Positions 36,566 to 49,700 of a DNA stretch of 64,000 bases are shown here, one piece after another. Within the stretch, counting starts at the first letter, position 1; each line of letters opens with the position of its first letter. The position numbers were made by a program, and so were the translations under genes. This stretch comes from Antedon mediterranea (taxonomy: Eukaryota > Animalia > Echinodermata), in NCBI RefSeq assembly GCF_964355755.1, contig NC_092672.1, positions 744,001-808,000 of the forward strand. The letters are read 5' to 3'. The notes below the pieces were generated by a model. It was not told where the DNA came from, did not search any database, and worked only from the letters and a program-made list of their open reading frames with translations.

Positions 36566-38097
36566 AATTTAAGGGAAACGAATTAATTTATAGAGTGAAA
36601 ATGGGTTGTTGATTATACCACGACGATAACATCTATTAAGGGGAATCTATCTATAGATTAGATTAACTTGTAGGCTTTTAGTTTTGTTATTTTGATATGT
36701 GTGTTTTTATATTATATCTATATTTTCATTCTGTAATTGATATATACATTGTTGGATGAATAAATACAAATACGATTTCCGGACGAACCACCGAGAAATT
36801 CGTTTACTTAAAGTTGCGTATTGTGGGTGTGACGTTTGTATCAAATGTCAGTCCACGATATCAACAATGTTATGATGGTTTGTGACAACCTTATTAGCAC
36901 TCTTAGTCATTTGGTGTTAATTACAGTACAAGTTGTAATACATCGTTTACTTACAATCGTGCTGCAACGTCATCTGAAATACAATATTTTCGTGTAACTA
37001 TATAAAATGATATCAGAAGGCAATGCTGTATTGATTACATTGACATGTCATTCCTTTGAGACCGATTATTGTATACAGTAGTAAAGTAGAGGCTAATTGG
37101 TAGAACCATGATTTCCACTAGAACGCAACGCAAGAAGAATCCATCGATTGTAATTGGTCAAATTATTTTCGTCATTTGCGTTGCGTACCGGGAATCAGAT
37201 TTTAGAATATCGAGAGCCGCAACATTCGTATGGATGGTTAAAGAAAGGAATTAGGCATATCCTTATAAATATGTATACAAAATTTAGAATGCTAATTGCG
37301 CCAAGATATAGCAAATGTATGCACCACCAAATGCTTAAACGCCCCTTTTGATTTATTCAAACGTAGGTCTACGTATGTTGGTGGTATAATAACCAAATAG
37401 AGTTCACTATATCACGGAACTTTGTTATTTATAACATAAATAATAAATATATATAAAATATAGAGAATATAAAATAAAGTATGAATCGGGTGCCGATGTC
37501 ATTTTAATTTTGAAGAAATTAAACATGATGTAAAATGATAAAGTTTATGATAATAATAAAACTCACGGTGAAGTGTTATGGCGGCGAACCGAGGTTCAAT
37601 TAATACTCCATCTGAATATCGCGTTATCCTTAGCAACCAAGCAAGCGTTTCGTAACTATTATGAAGATTAATAAACAACATTAACATTTCATTGCTACCG
37701 GCTGGAGAGAAAGAGCGAAGTACATCAAATACATATTAAAATATTCAATTGCATTTTAATAATAATGCTATGTTCTATTTACTTGTACTTGTTGCGTATA
37801 TACTGTAATATCCATGGGAAACAAACAACTGACGTGGATGGCTGACTTTAGGCATCAACCGTGAAAATTAAAAGAATACATTATTTTTGGAACTATGAAA
37901 CAGTAACAGAGAATAATAATTATATTGTTTTGTAGCGAAGCCATATTTATTATAAAATATCACTCTTCAATGATTTGACCTCCGTTCTCTATTCGCATAG
38001 TATTCTGTGATTTTTGTGGTCGTATTAGTTGGTTATATGTATAGGGACTAAGCCAAAAAGAAATAAAGTTACTGTCTGTGAAGAAAAAAGGGCTTCA

Positions 38098-38332
38098 GTT
38101 AACTTACCTTTAATATTATTAGCGAGTGAACACAACTATCACACTGCTCCATATAGTTAACTTACCTTTAATATTATTAGCCAGTGAACACAACTATCTC
38201 ACTGCTCCATATAGTAAACTTACCTTTAATATTATTAGCGAGTGAACACAACTATCACACTGCTCCATATAGTTAACTTACCTTTAATATTATTAGCCAG
38301 TGAACACAACTATCACACTGCTCCATATAGTT
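38098..38332. repeat. Tandem repeat, 58 bp x4
   Basis: Units start at 38098, 38156, 38214 and 38272, alternating AGCGAGT/AGCCAGT. Confidence 0.9.
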
Positions 38333-38884
38333 ACATTATAACATCTACCACCACAATCTGATTTTACGGGTTCTTAGCTCAAGAGGATAACTGTAATAGA
38401 CACCATTGTTTTAAGTGTCCGTTTTCACATGGTCAAATATTTCGGACAATAGCACCCTATATAAGAATTACATTAAGAGTAGGGTTACATTAAGTACCGG
38501 TTGTTACGTATGGAGGGCGCGCCGACAGGTGTTCGTCATAGGAATGGAGTCTGACTAAATTAATTCAGGATAAAATATACTGAAACAATTTGTTGAATAA
38601 AATTAGTGTTATACATTCTTTTTTAGCAAGTGATGACTCACGATTTGGTATCATTATAACTTAAGTATACCCGTTATTTAGCATTGAATTAGGAAGACAT
38701 ACCTCAGCTCCTTGTACTATTGTTGATTACTCATTTACAATCCCATCATCCATAGCGGTATACACATTTTATACGGTACACTATATTACACAGTACCACC
38801 ATCTGTATAAAAGTTTTGACGGTTCAGTCGTGTGAGGGCGACATGTCTTCCAAGCTTCTCTCCATAGTTAACTGTTTTAATGTT

Positions 38885-38977
38885 AACAAGGCCATCCGTA
38901 TACATGGCAGCAGTCGCGTGCCCAAGTTACCGTAGTGTTTACCGACCAACATAGTGAGCGTTGCACGCGACTAAAAA
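38885..38977 (-). mobile_element. Minimal HINE-like element (same family as 12241-12718)
   Basis: AACAAG, hairpin GCCAT..ATGGC, AGTCGCGTG ... CACGCGACTAAAAA. Confidence 0.6.
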
Positions 38978-41900
38978 CCAGAAATTGTAATTTTGAGCGC
39001 TGCGAGTCACAACAGATTAATTAGCCGCGGACCCAGCCTTCTTAAAGATAGCCGGGTGTGGGGGACAGAGGCAGCGCGCTATCAGTAAAAAAAAAAAAAT
39101 TGGTTGGATGTAGAATAAAGTTAGTCACATATTTTATACAATTATCTCATTAGTACAAGCCCATTTCAAACTTCAGTATAAATTCAATTAATAAAGATCA
39201 AATTTCCGTAGTACAGTATTTTAAAGTAAAACACTTTCAATTTAGCCAACTTATCTTACATAAGCACCTCAGTGTGCATCTAGGGAGATTTCCAGGGAAC
39301 ATAAACGCTGGCTTGAAACAAATTGGCAAAATGAGTTTTATCCAATCGAACTACACAATCGTTCCGACAGATTTTGTACAAATTAATCAGAAATTATCTT
39401 ATCAATTAACTTCCGTTTGTGAGATCATCAAGTAATGTTCAGGGTTACTAGGATATGCAGTATACCATCGTTGTCTGCGCGCGTGACATCATCAGTTCCC
39501 ACGAGTCCACATGGCGACTAAAGGATTTGGGGACGCGCGGCCGGTTAACAACCCCTATTTCTTTGCGCTTGTTTTTCTTTTCAAACTCGACTCATAAATT
39601 ATAAGTTACGGAACACGGCAGCCAATGCCTGTACAATTCGTCACGGGGATATTACGAAAAAAGCAGAAACAGATTATGCGCGCGTACTAGCTTGGTTCCT
39701 AACGCAACGCAGTAGGCGCAACGCATGTGAGAGTTGACCAATCACAAGCTCAGTTTGGATTAACCATCGCGCCAAATTACTTGCGCCGCGCGTTCGTACA
39801 TTTTTGTTAACGCACCGAGAACAACAGCAAAACTGAGTACACTTTATTGTTTCATCGGAGATTTTTGGAAGATTGATCGTCAATTTACGATGGTAATCCA
39901 GCAGGCGAGTTAAGTGAGAACGTGTACACACGTACACATCTGTGTGGACACGAAGTTACATCAAAAACATCGATTTAAACCGTTAACAAACCAACGCAGT
40001 CATAATAACAAGTTTAGAACACGGAACGTGCAGCTCTGCTTTTGAAATTAGTTTTATCAACAAGACACCGGTGAAATAACGCGAAACGGAACTTTAACTA
40101 AACATTCACAAAAATACATATTATTATATATATTACATTAGATGATGTGTGTGAGCAAATTGGAGTTGAGCCAAAGCCGTCTCTTTTTCTTAGCCAAAGG
40201 GATAGACTGGCTTACGAAGAATAGGCTACTATATTTGGCCTATAAAAATAACGCGATTTTGAAAACGATGCCTTTATCGCCGTAATGCTGGTTTTATTTT
40301 ACGTATAGTTGACGGCAATGAGGCTGAATATACCTGCAAAATTCATTGATCTATTTCCATAATTATCAAACTTCGCCCAGAGTAAACATTCGGCCTATTT
40401 AACGTTTTAATTCGGTCATCATGACGTCATTAATGTCGCGCATTATCATTCATCAAAAATAGTATATATAAAAAAAACTAAAAGAATCTTTAGTACACGC
40501 AGTTTGATACATTCGCTTAACCTTATCTCGATGTTTGTAGTTGAACAAATAACGATTATAATATTTACACAACAATATAACTTGTGTACACAAAATTCTC
40601 ATTAAAAACCCCTAAAATACAGTAATGCATCAATTTATTGTCAATAGATTTACTAAAAAATATATTTGAGTGTTTACAACGTCACGATCAGTAAACGGGA
40701 ATATGATATCTACATCTACAATTCAATACAAATTAATATGTACATACGTACTCTAGCAAGCTTTCGCTTTCACCACGCGCACCGTACCACGCAACTCTGT
40801 CCATAAATGAGCGCGCTCAGAATCATGAGCATGCGCAGTCGAGTCACGCGTTGTGAAAACGAAATCATCAAAACTATCTGCTGCAGCATTTTGATTCATA
40901 CAACACAATTTATTTATAGTTCTATAAATTAGTTTATATATACATAATCATTGTAACGAAATACGTTACAAATCGTATTCAAAAATATGTTCTTATAATC
41001 ATTTATACAGTTCATTGCTAACATAAATTAAACAGCCTCTTGAATATTCATGATTCAAATCTAACGCATGTGTAGATCGATGGGTTTAATATAATTCCTG
41101 AGGGTGCTTTAAACTTGGCTTCATTCAGTCGAATTCAATGCCAACAAATCATACATTTATTAGGTCTAAGTGAATTAAAACGGTTCCCAAAATTAAAGGC
41201 AGGAAATATTCAACGATATATATGTTGAAACATGTTTATTCAACAGAACGACACATTTTCAAGTACAAATTAGCCCGATTTTTTTTTTATTGGATAGGAA
41301 ATGATTTATCTATAAAGTAGGCCACAGTGTTGAGATGAAATAATCAAAAATAATAAAATAAACTACATTTTAAACTATGTTAAATTCATGCTTATGAAAT
41401 GTTAGAGCAAAATTAGAAACAATATTTTATACGCTAGTCGTCGTGTAAGAAATCGCGCCTCTTGTGTAGGTTTATATTAAGAAAATCGTTAACAGATTCT
41501 AAGTAGTCTAGTCTGTAGTTTGGAGAAACTTTGTATTTTCGCATCCAAGATAAGCATTTGAAATAAAAACTCAGTAGCGCCCTCTATAAAACAGAAACGC
41601 GTTCCACTTTAAAACTCATTAACTTAATACTATATTGATTTGGGAAATTAAAAGCACCTAATAAATAATTGTTGATTCAAGTCGTGTAATGGGGTAGGCA
41701 TAAAGCGGATGACATTAATTATTAAACTAGAACTTTAAAAAAAAATATTAATGAAAATCATTCATATTTTTTGACAAACTATTCTTGGAAATAAAGTACA
41801 ATCGTTCACTTAAGAATAAATATATATTCCATTCAATGATTTTCATGTTGGCATGAAACCAATATAAGAGTCAGCAAAATTTTATATAAAAGACTGGAAT

Positions 41901-43514
41901 ACTGTTTGCAAGAAATGAACTATCTAGAATGTACTGATGAAACTGAACTATTAGTATCATTTCTGATGAATTGAAAACCTGAATAAAAAAAAAAAAAAAA
42001 AAATTGATCTAACAACCATGAAAAGAAGAATATAATTGCAGACAAGTTTACAATTTTGTGTAAAGTAGTTTCTTTTAGTGAAAGAATACATAGTTTTACT
42101 GCAAAGTCATGAATATAAACCTTTGTAATAGTCTCCAGATTTCAGTGAAGTTCTGAACAATCTAGTGCAACTTGTTTAACTACTAATACTTGCCTAACGT
42201 GTGATAGCACCATCCCGGGGGATTCACCCCTATCATGACTGGGAGGAACAAATGCACATGCTCTTTTTGTATTTACAAAACAAAATGAGTCTACAATTTA
42301 ATTGGCAGCTGCTACTTGTTTAGACTATATAAATAGGACAAAAAATTAACTAATTTTAATTCAATTTTATGAGGAAAAGGAAACAAATATAATGGTGGAA
42401 TAGACTGTGATTTTGATCTACAGGTCTCTGTCAAACTAAGCTGACTAATTTACGATTAGAGTAGGAATAGAGCAGAAAGTAGTATTTCCAATACAATATT
42501 GAAAATAAGCATTCTAGAATAGATAATGTGAAATAAAAGAAGTACTATTTTATATGGTGTTAGATCACTAATTTTCTACAGTACTCTGGCAAATGTAATC
42601 ATTGTAAAAAAGAGAACTGGAACTCTCATAAAATAAAATCTAAAAGTAATTTACATTTTATGACACTTGAAACAAGTTTCACCATTACACATTTGTTATC
42701 GAAAAATGTTCTGGGTATGGGTACGGTACTGTAAAAAAAAGAAGCAGAAAACACCAAAGCTTGGTGCAATAATATTTTGGTTGTTCACACAATTGTGTCA
42801 TGTTTGTGCCAAGAATTTACCAACAAGAAAAAAGGCAAATCAGGGAGCCACACATAGTCACGGAAGAGTCCACTTCCCAAGATAATGAAATCAGTTTGAA
42901 GTCAAAAGATTGATGAAATTCGTTACAGGTGTGGAACCTCATGACCTTTAGGCGGAAGAGTTTTTCCAGCTAGGCTGCGAAAAATGGAAAGAGATTATCA
43001 TTAAAAAATTGCCCATTATCTTAGATGCAATTAAAGTGTTGATTTGAGTAAAAGAAATTTTAAAATATGGTAATAAAAAATCAAAAAAAAAAAATCAAAC
43101 AAAATAAACATTTAAAGTTATAATAGAGGCACTCCTCTAAAGGTTACTGTTACTGTAGACCAAAATAAATTAAAGCAAATATTTTATTAAAAAAATACAA
43201 TGTAGTTTGATGATTAATTTCAAATTAAAGTTCAAATGTAACTATTACTACACTTTGGCTAATTTAATATGATTTGTTAGGCGAGATAGTCTGATCCTGT
43301 ATCCTTTAAACCACCTGTTTTTTTGGATCAATATGCCATTTTTGGTCATGTGATTTCTGGTCATCCATAATCTTAATGGTACTCATCCTATTGGCAGACA
43401 CTCTAGGATATGTTAAATGTCAGGGTTTAGATCATTGTGATAAACGGTGCTTTAATCCTTATGACATATGCCTATTCCAGGATAATCAGTGATGATTCTA
43501 ACAAATTTAGCCTA

Positions 43515-44185
43515 TTTTCCCATTCTTGATGTCTAGGCCTATGTGGTGATGGTCACCCTAGACAACCAGCCATTCTTGATGTTAGCAGGTCTGTGTGGTG
43601 ATGGTCTCCCTATATGTGTTCTCCAGATTGTTGCACAATTGGCCATTCTTGATGTCTAGGCCTGTGTGGTGATGGTCTCCCTATGTATTGTCCAGTCTCC
43701 CTATGTATTCTCCAGATTGTTGCACAATTGGCCATTCTTGATGTCCATGCCTGTGTGGTGATGGTCTCCCTATGTATTCTCCAGATTGTTGCACAATTGG
43801 CCATTCTTGATGTCCATGCCTGTGTGTTGATGGTCTCCCTAAGTATTTTCCAGATTGTTGCCCAATCAGCCATTCTTGATGATAGCAGGTCTGTGTGGTG
43901 ATGGTCTCCCTATGTATTCTCCAGATTGTTGCACAATTAGCTATTCTTGATGTCTAGGCCTGTGTGATGATGCTTTCCTCTTAGAAATTCTCCAGATTGT
44001 ACAATCTTGCATTCTTGATGTTAGCCATGTGTGTTGATGGTCTCTTCCTAGGGATTATCTAGATTGTACAATCTGGCATTCTTGATGATAGGCCTGATGG
44101 TCTCCCTAGGTATTCTCCAGAATGCACAATTGGCCACTCTTGATTTCTAGGCCTGTCTGGTGATGCAAAATTGGCCATTCAATCT
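43515..44185. repeat. Tandem repeat, ~69 bp x ~10, degenerate at the edges
   Basis: GCCATTCTTGATGTCTAGGCCTGTGTGGTGATGGTCTCCCTATGTATTCTCCAGATTGTTGCACAATTG units. Confidence 0.85.
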
Positions 44186-45532
44186 TTCAAACCATTCATC
44201 TTGATGCTTAGGTCTTTCTGGGTGTAATGTCCTATTTGTCATTCTTACTGTAGGTCTGTGGCAATGGTCTCAGAATCCTCTACAGATTGCATTTTCTGTC
44301 ACATCTCATATTCAATCTATCAATCCATGTTACTGTGGGGATAAAATTAAATTGAATGATGTCACTGGGTGTGGTCACTTTTTTCCGTATGGGGTTAATT
44401 TAAAAAGACGCACAATTCATTCACTTCATTTCCTTCTTTTTATACTATGAATAAGATATATAATATTATACAAGAAGTAGTATGACATGTGTTATGATAA
44501 AAACTGAATAATGATGAAAATATGTGTTTTTACAAATAAGTTTTACATTACAAAAAATACAATTACATCAAGGAAAATAATTTGATGAAAAAAAGAGTAA
44601 AAATATCAAATTTATAATTAATATATATGAAACAAAAAGATATGGAATTAACAGCAGTAAAAATATGTATTAAAAAACGACGAAAAAAATGCACAAATTC
44701 TTTAGAAACATTTATTAAATGTCACATCAATGAGATACTATCATTTTACAGTTTGTTAATTTAGAAGTGAAACAAAATAAAGGAAAATCTTTATGTTTCT
44801 GCAAGAAATACATAGTAGCGTAGTTAATGAATATCAAGGGAAGGTAAGGACCGAAATAAACGGTATACATCGCAGTGAGTCACTAGATAACGATATTCCC
44901 TATGACATATCAACCAACATCACAAACACTCTACTCAATTCTGTGCCTTGATAAAGATGGTATGCGTACATCGGACTAAATAATTGCATCATTGGTGTGA
45001 GTTGAAATAATACTGTGGATTAGGACAAAATTGCAAGATTTCTGTTGAAAATGAGGGAAATATTGAATATGAATAAAAAAACACATAAAAGGAAATGTAA
45101 TTGCTAACATAATTGTGTGGTTGAGAATGTCTCAACGTCTCAGTAGTTGTTATGCTACATTCACTTTTAGGTTCCTGCCTACTCCCTTAGTTTCTGTGTT
45201 TTTGTTTGTTTGTATCTGGTTTTTGGCAATAAATAATAATAATAATTATAATTCATCTTTTGTCTTCAAGGTGTACCGCAAACTTAACTTTGCAAACCTG
45301 TAAACAATATTGTACCAGAATCTTGCAAACAACATGGGCAAGAAAAAGGAAACGAAACAATGAGATATAACAAGAAAAAAACTAAACAAAAACCTCAGCT
45401 GATGGAAATTAATCACACAGAGACATATTAATTAATATTCGGTATCTTCATTCATATATAAAAAACAATTTACATAAATACTTTTGCAGCATAAAACGAT
45501 GAAATTGTAGTATTGTACAGTTTAGTTCATTT

Positions 45533-46080
45533 CATTGACTCTCACTGTATGTTACAGTATTGCCATTGACTCTCACTGTACGTTACAGTATTGTCATTGA
45601 CTCTCACTGTACGTTACAGTATTGTCATTGACTCTCACTGTACGTTACAGTATTGTCATTGACTCACTGTATGTTACAGTATTGTCATTGACTCTCACTG
45701 TACGTTACAGTATTGTCATTGACTCTCACTGTACGTTACAGTATTGTCATTGACTCACTGTATGTTACAGTATTGTCATTGACTCTCACTGTATGTTACA
45801 GTATTGTCATTGACTCTCACTGTATGTTACAGTATTGTCATTGACTCTCACTGTATGTTACAGTATTGTCATTGACTCACTGTATGTTACAGTATTGTCA
45901 TTGACTCTCACTGTATGTTACAGTATTGTCATTGACTCTCACTGTACGTTACAGTATTGTCATTGACTCTCACTGTATGTTACAGTATTGTCATTGACTC
46001 TCACTGTATGTTACAGTATTGTCATTGACTCTCACTGTATGTTACAGTATTGACTCTCACTGTATGTTACAGTATTGTCA
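45533..46080. repeat. Minisatellite, 31/29 bp x ~18
   Basis: CATTGACTCTCACTGTATGTTACAGTATTGT units. Confidence 0.95.
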
Positions 46081-46611
46081 TATAACACATAGAACACTAA
46101 TAAAACACAGAACAAAAACAAAATAAAAATATGTTAAAAAATAAAGTTAAAAGGATGAATAAATGTGGAAAATATGTGAAAGTGGGAAAAAAATAAATAA
46201 ATTGTAAATGAAAAGAGTGAATGTACAATAAAAGGCTGTAGATTCTTGTCTGAGGAAAAGCAACTAAATATTGTTGGTTACCCTGGGGATGTGTTACAAT
46301 GGGGATGTGTTACCATGGGGATGTGTCTCCCTCACAAATAAACATAAGTTACCTTACTCTGGAGAAAAGAAATATGAGAAAAAGACATTCCAATGTCATA
46401 TGTGAGCAGTCGGGATCATAAATAACTGGAGTAAATTTATATAAATATCATTTCATGTTTTGATTTCCATGGCAGAAAAAGCACAAACATATTCAATTAT
46501 GGTAAAAAACATAGGTGTGCTAGGATTTTTCAGGAGAATAAAAAAAACCAAATACATTTTTCGGTTGCACAAGCACAACAAGCACAATGCTAAAATATAC
46601 CATTAATACTG

Positions 46612-46775
46612 TAAAGCTCTGTCTACACTATCAAACTAGTTTGACAAAAAAGTGTGATGTGCCCAAATATGGTTATGATGGTTAAATATGGTAGTGATAT
46701 GACATCACCATGTCCATATATGAGCACATCACATTTTTTTGTCACATAAAGTTTGATAGTGTAGACAGAGCTTTA
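46612..46775. mobile_element. Full-length copy of an abundant ~160-bp MITE
   Basis: Inverted TAAAGCTCTGTCTACACTATCAAACT / AGTTTGATAGTGTAGACAGAGCTTTA. Other copies or fragments at ~27897-28042, 31869-31905, 32722-32785, 50894-51017, 53945-54042, 57998-58148 and 62320-62420. Confidence 0.9.
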
Positions 46776-49700
46776 GTATGAAATTAGGTTGTGAAAGATA
46801 CCAACTTACAACTTAATTAGTAATTAATTATTTCAAAATAACGGTTGATTGTGTCAAACTCTTTAGTAGCAGTCAACAAGTTTCGTTTGTAGGTTCCACG
46901 ATGGAGAAGCTGTGCCAGGACCCAGTTACAGGAAATGTCTAATCTACTTTTGATATTCTTAAGTAAACAGTTCTGTAAATGACACACGTACCGACAAGCA
47001 ACAAACTGCTAATTTCACCAGGATTATTTCCCGATGGGGTGGCGTGATGTCATTAGCATGGCGGCTCAGATTGTACTTATGTGTGTATGTGTTCTTAGTC
47101 ATGTCAGCAGTGAAACTGGGTTCCTATCAATGTAAAATGTGTGTTGCTATCAAAGAGAGAGAAAATAGTGTCGAATTAAACCTTTAATTTAAATAGTCTA
47201 AACAAAGATTTAATAAAATTGGTGGGAATAATACACATCCTTCTGATTGGAACGAATCAGTTCAGCCTGTCCAGCTTTGTGTAATACATTTTCACACCTT
47301 ATTTTATGAGGAATCATTTCTGCAAACATTAGAAACTTTAGTTCAATAAAAATGGTTCATACATTAAAATTGAACATTTTTTTAAAATAAAAAAAAGAGT
47401 TCATGACATCATGCCATTTAAAAACAATAGTATTGATTAATAAGATTTAATTTAAAAGAAAGAATTAAGCAGCAGTACCTACTTAGAATGTTGCTAAAGT
47501 TCTTTCTGAACTTTGCAACAGTTTCCCCCTGAACCCTACAAAAGCATCTTCTGAACCTTACAATGTGGTTATGTTGTCGGCTTCTTGTCTCTATCCCACG
47601 TAGGTCTAAAATATCTAAGCTATACAACTTTTTTTTAAAGAATGTTAGCAGTAAAATATATAGTGCAATCTATTCCCTAAGAGATCAGCAGTAAGGTAGA
47701 GGTGTAAAAAGTAGGTTGGTAAAAGAAATGTAAAACATTTAGCACCAAGTCGGCCCCTGGATCTTCAGGTAAATTTTGCAAAGACTAAAGAGATGAAGAG
47801 TGCAGCAACTGATTCAATAATTAATTAATTCATTTGAATGATTGCAAAATTTTACAAGAAGAGTAAGTTAGATGACTTGGTTAGACTATTTAAATAACAA
47901 TGGAATAATGCTAATGTTTCTAAGCGCTTTACAGCAGAAAAGAGGGAAGTTATGAAATAATCAAAGAAATGAAGATGATTACAAACATGAAACAACTTTC
48001 ACCGCTTTAGTTTTCAAATAGACATATTATGGTTCCAGCAGTTTGAAGCTTCCCTAAGAGAGCTAATTACTGGAATAGGGTGAAATGTTTAGGTGGAAAT
48101 GTTTCCTAAAATTAATTTAACAATAACAATTTAAAAATATATAGAGCTGTACATGCAGAAGAAAAAACATTGCAAAAAAAAAAAATAAACACAAAAGTAC
48201 TGTGTTTCAGATTTTGCAAAACTTTAAATATTTTCTTAAAATCTTTCATAATTCAGATAATTTTGTGAGACTTGTTTCCAAGGAAACAAATTTTGTAAGT
48301 GAAAGTTGGCAAGACCTTAAAGATAGGAACATGATATATGTAACTTCCCCTTAACGATAATGGAAGAGTCCAGTATAACTGTTAAGGAAAGGTGGGAACG
48401 AAGATATACAGAAAACTTGTGTAGGTAAGGAAGCAACTGAATCTAATATAAGGAAATAACCCTCACATGGTATGTTGTGATAGCAACGCAATCAACCCCA
48501 ATAATACTGACTAAATAGTCCCACTGATGAATCAATAAATTTAAGGCGTAAAAAAACATCGGAAATAAAAATTATCAATTTTAACCGAATGAATAAACTT
48601 GTAAAGTACCTGGTAGATACAGAGGATTAGGAGATATTTCTACACTGAGATTCACACTGTTATAGGTTTAACGTTTTTAGTAATTAATAAAACGTTGCTT
48701 CTAAACCATAACTGTGTTTTCAATTAAATGACAAAGTTGCTTGAGGAATTAATTACATTATTAGATGAATTAGGACGTCCTTAATAAATTGGATGTGGGT
48801 AGAAAAGCACACGAGCAATGCAAAACACTTTTTCATATACCCTTTACCAAATATACTTTATAATTAAATTTGATTTTATTGATCATATAACAGTACTAAT
48901 TATAAAGACATATTAATCATGCCCAAGATAGGGACATTGACAGCCATTATTTAAACAAGCATACCTTAAACACTTCCTACATTAACACAGTATATACTTT
49001 TTGTAATTATTATTACTATTATTATATTCAGGCAAGATACATTTTACAAAATATAATACAAATCAAAAAATTAAACAAACATGACGCAAAAAGATATAAA
49101 TCGTAATCACTAGCTGCCGAAAGACCATGTATGACAATTAGCATTTACTAATTGTATGCAAAATTTCATACTACTATTAATTAACTACTGATGACCTTTT
49201 CATGCAACGATTTTGATGTAAATATATATTTTTTTAAATTAAAATGCAGCTTTGATTTAAAATGCTCTGACATGCACAGATCAAACATTCTAAAAATATA
49301 TTTCAGTAAGAACTTAAAATTACTGTACAGTACTTAAATTAGAGACTTCCAAACAGGTTATTAAACTAAGTGATTACTAATTTATTTTACACAGTTACAA
49401 AGTACCTTCAGTAACTACAAATTACTTTTTTGCAAAAACTAAAAAAATTTAGTTGGTAAAATGTTTTATTTTAATTACATTTAATCACATTAGCGATATC
49501 ACAAATAAGATAAATATTATTAACGAGAAAAAAATCAAATTTGTCTTCTTTTTTTAAAAAATAAATGTGTGGTTCTACCACCAGCATGCTCACCTTAATA
49601 AACTTCCAAAACAAGAGAAACTATTTTGTTTGTCTTTAAAATTTGATGTGTAAAGGAATAAAATACAGATTTATTGGGTAAAAATAGTTCATAAGCTAAA

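Noticed and set aside
41900-42002. CTGATGA motifs before AATAAA/poly-A as a hammerhead ribozyme or C/D snoRNA
   Set aside because: The required stems and box spacing are not evident; more likely a retroposed 3' end.
43610-43901. ORFs on both strands in the 69-bp repeat
   Set aside because: The unit length is divisible by 3, the frames break in neighbouring units, and there is no splice support.
36320-46080. CRISPR-like periodic repeats
   Set aside because: Head-to-tail units without unique spacers, no cas genes, eukaryotic context.
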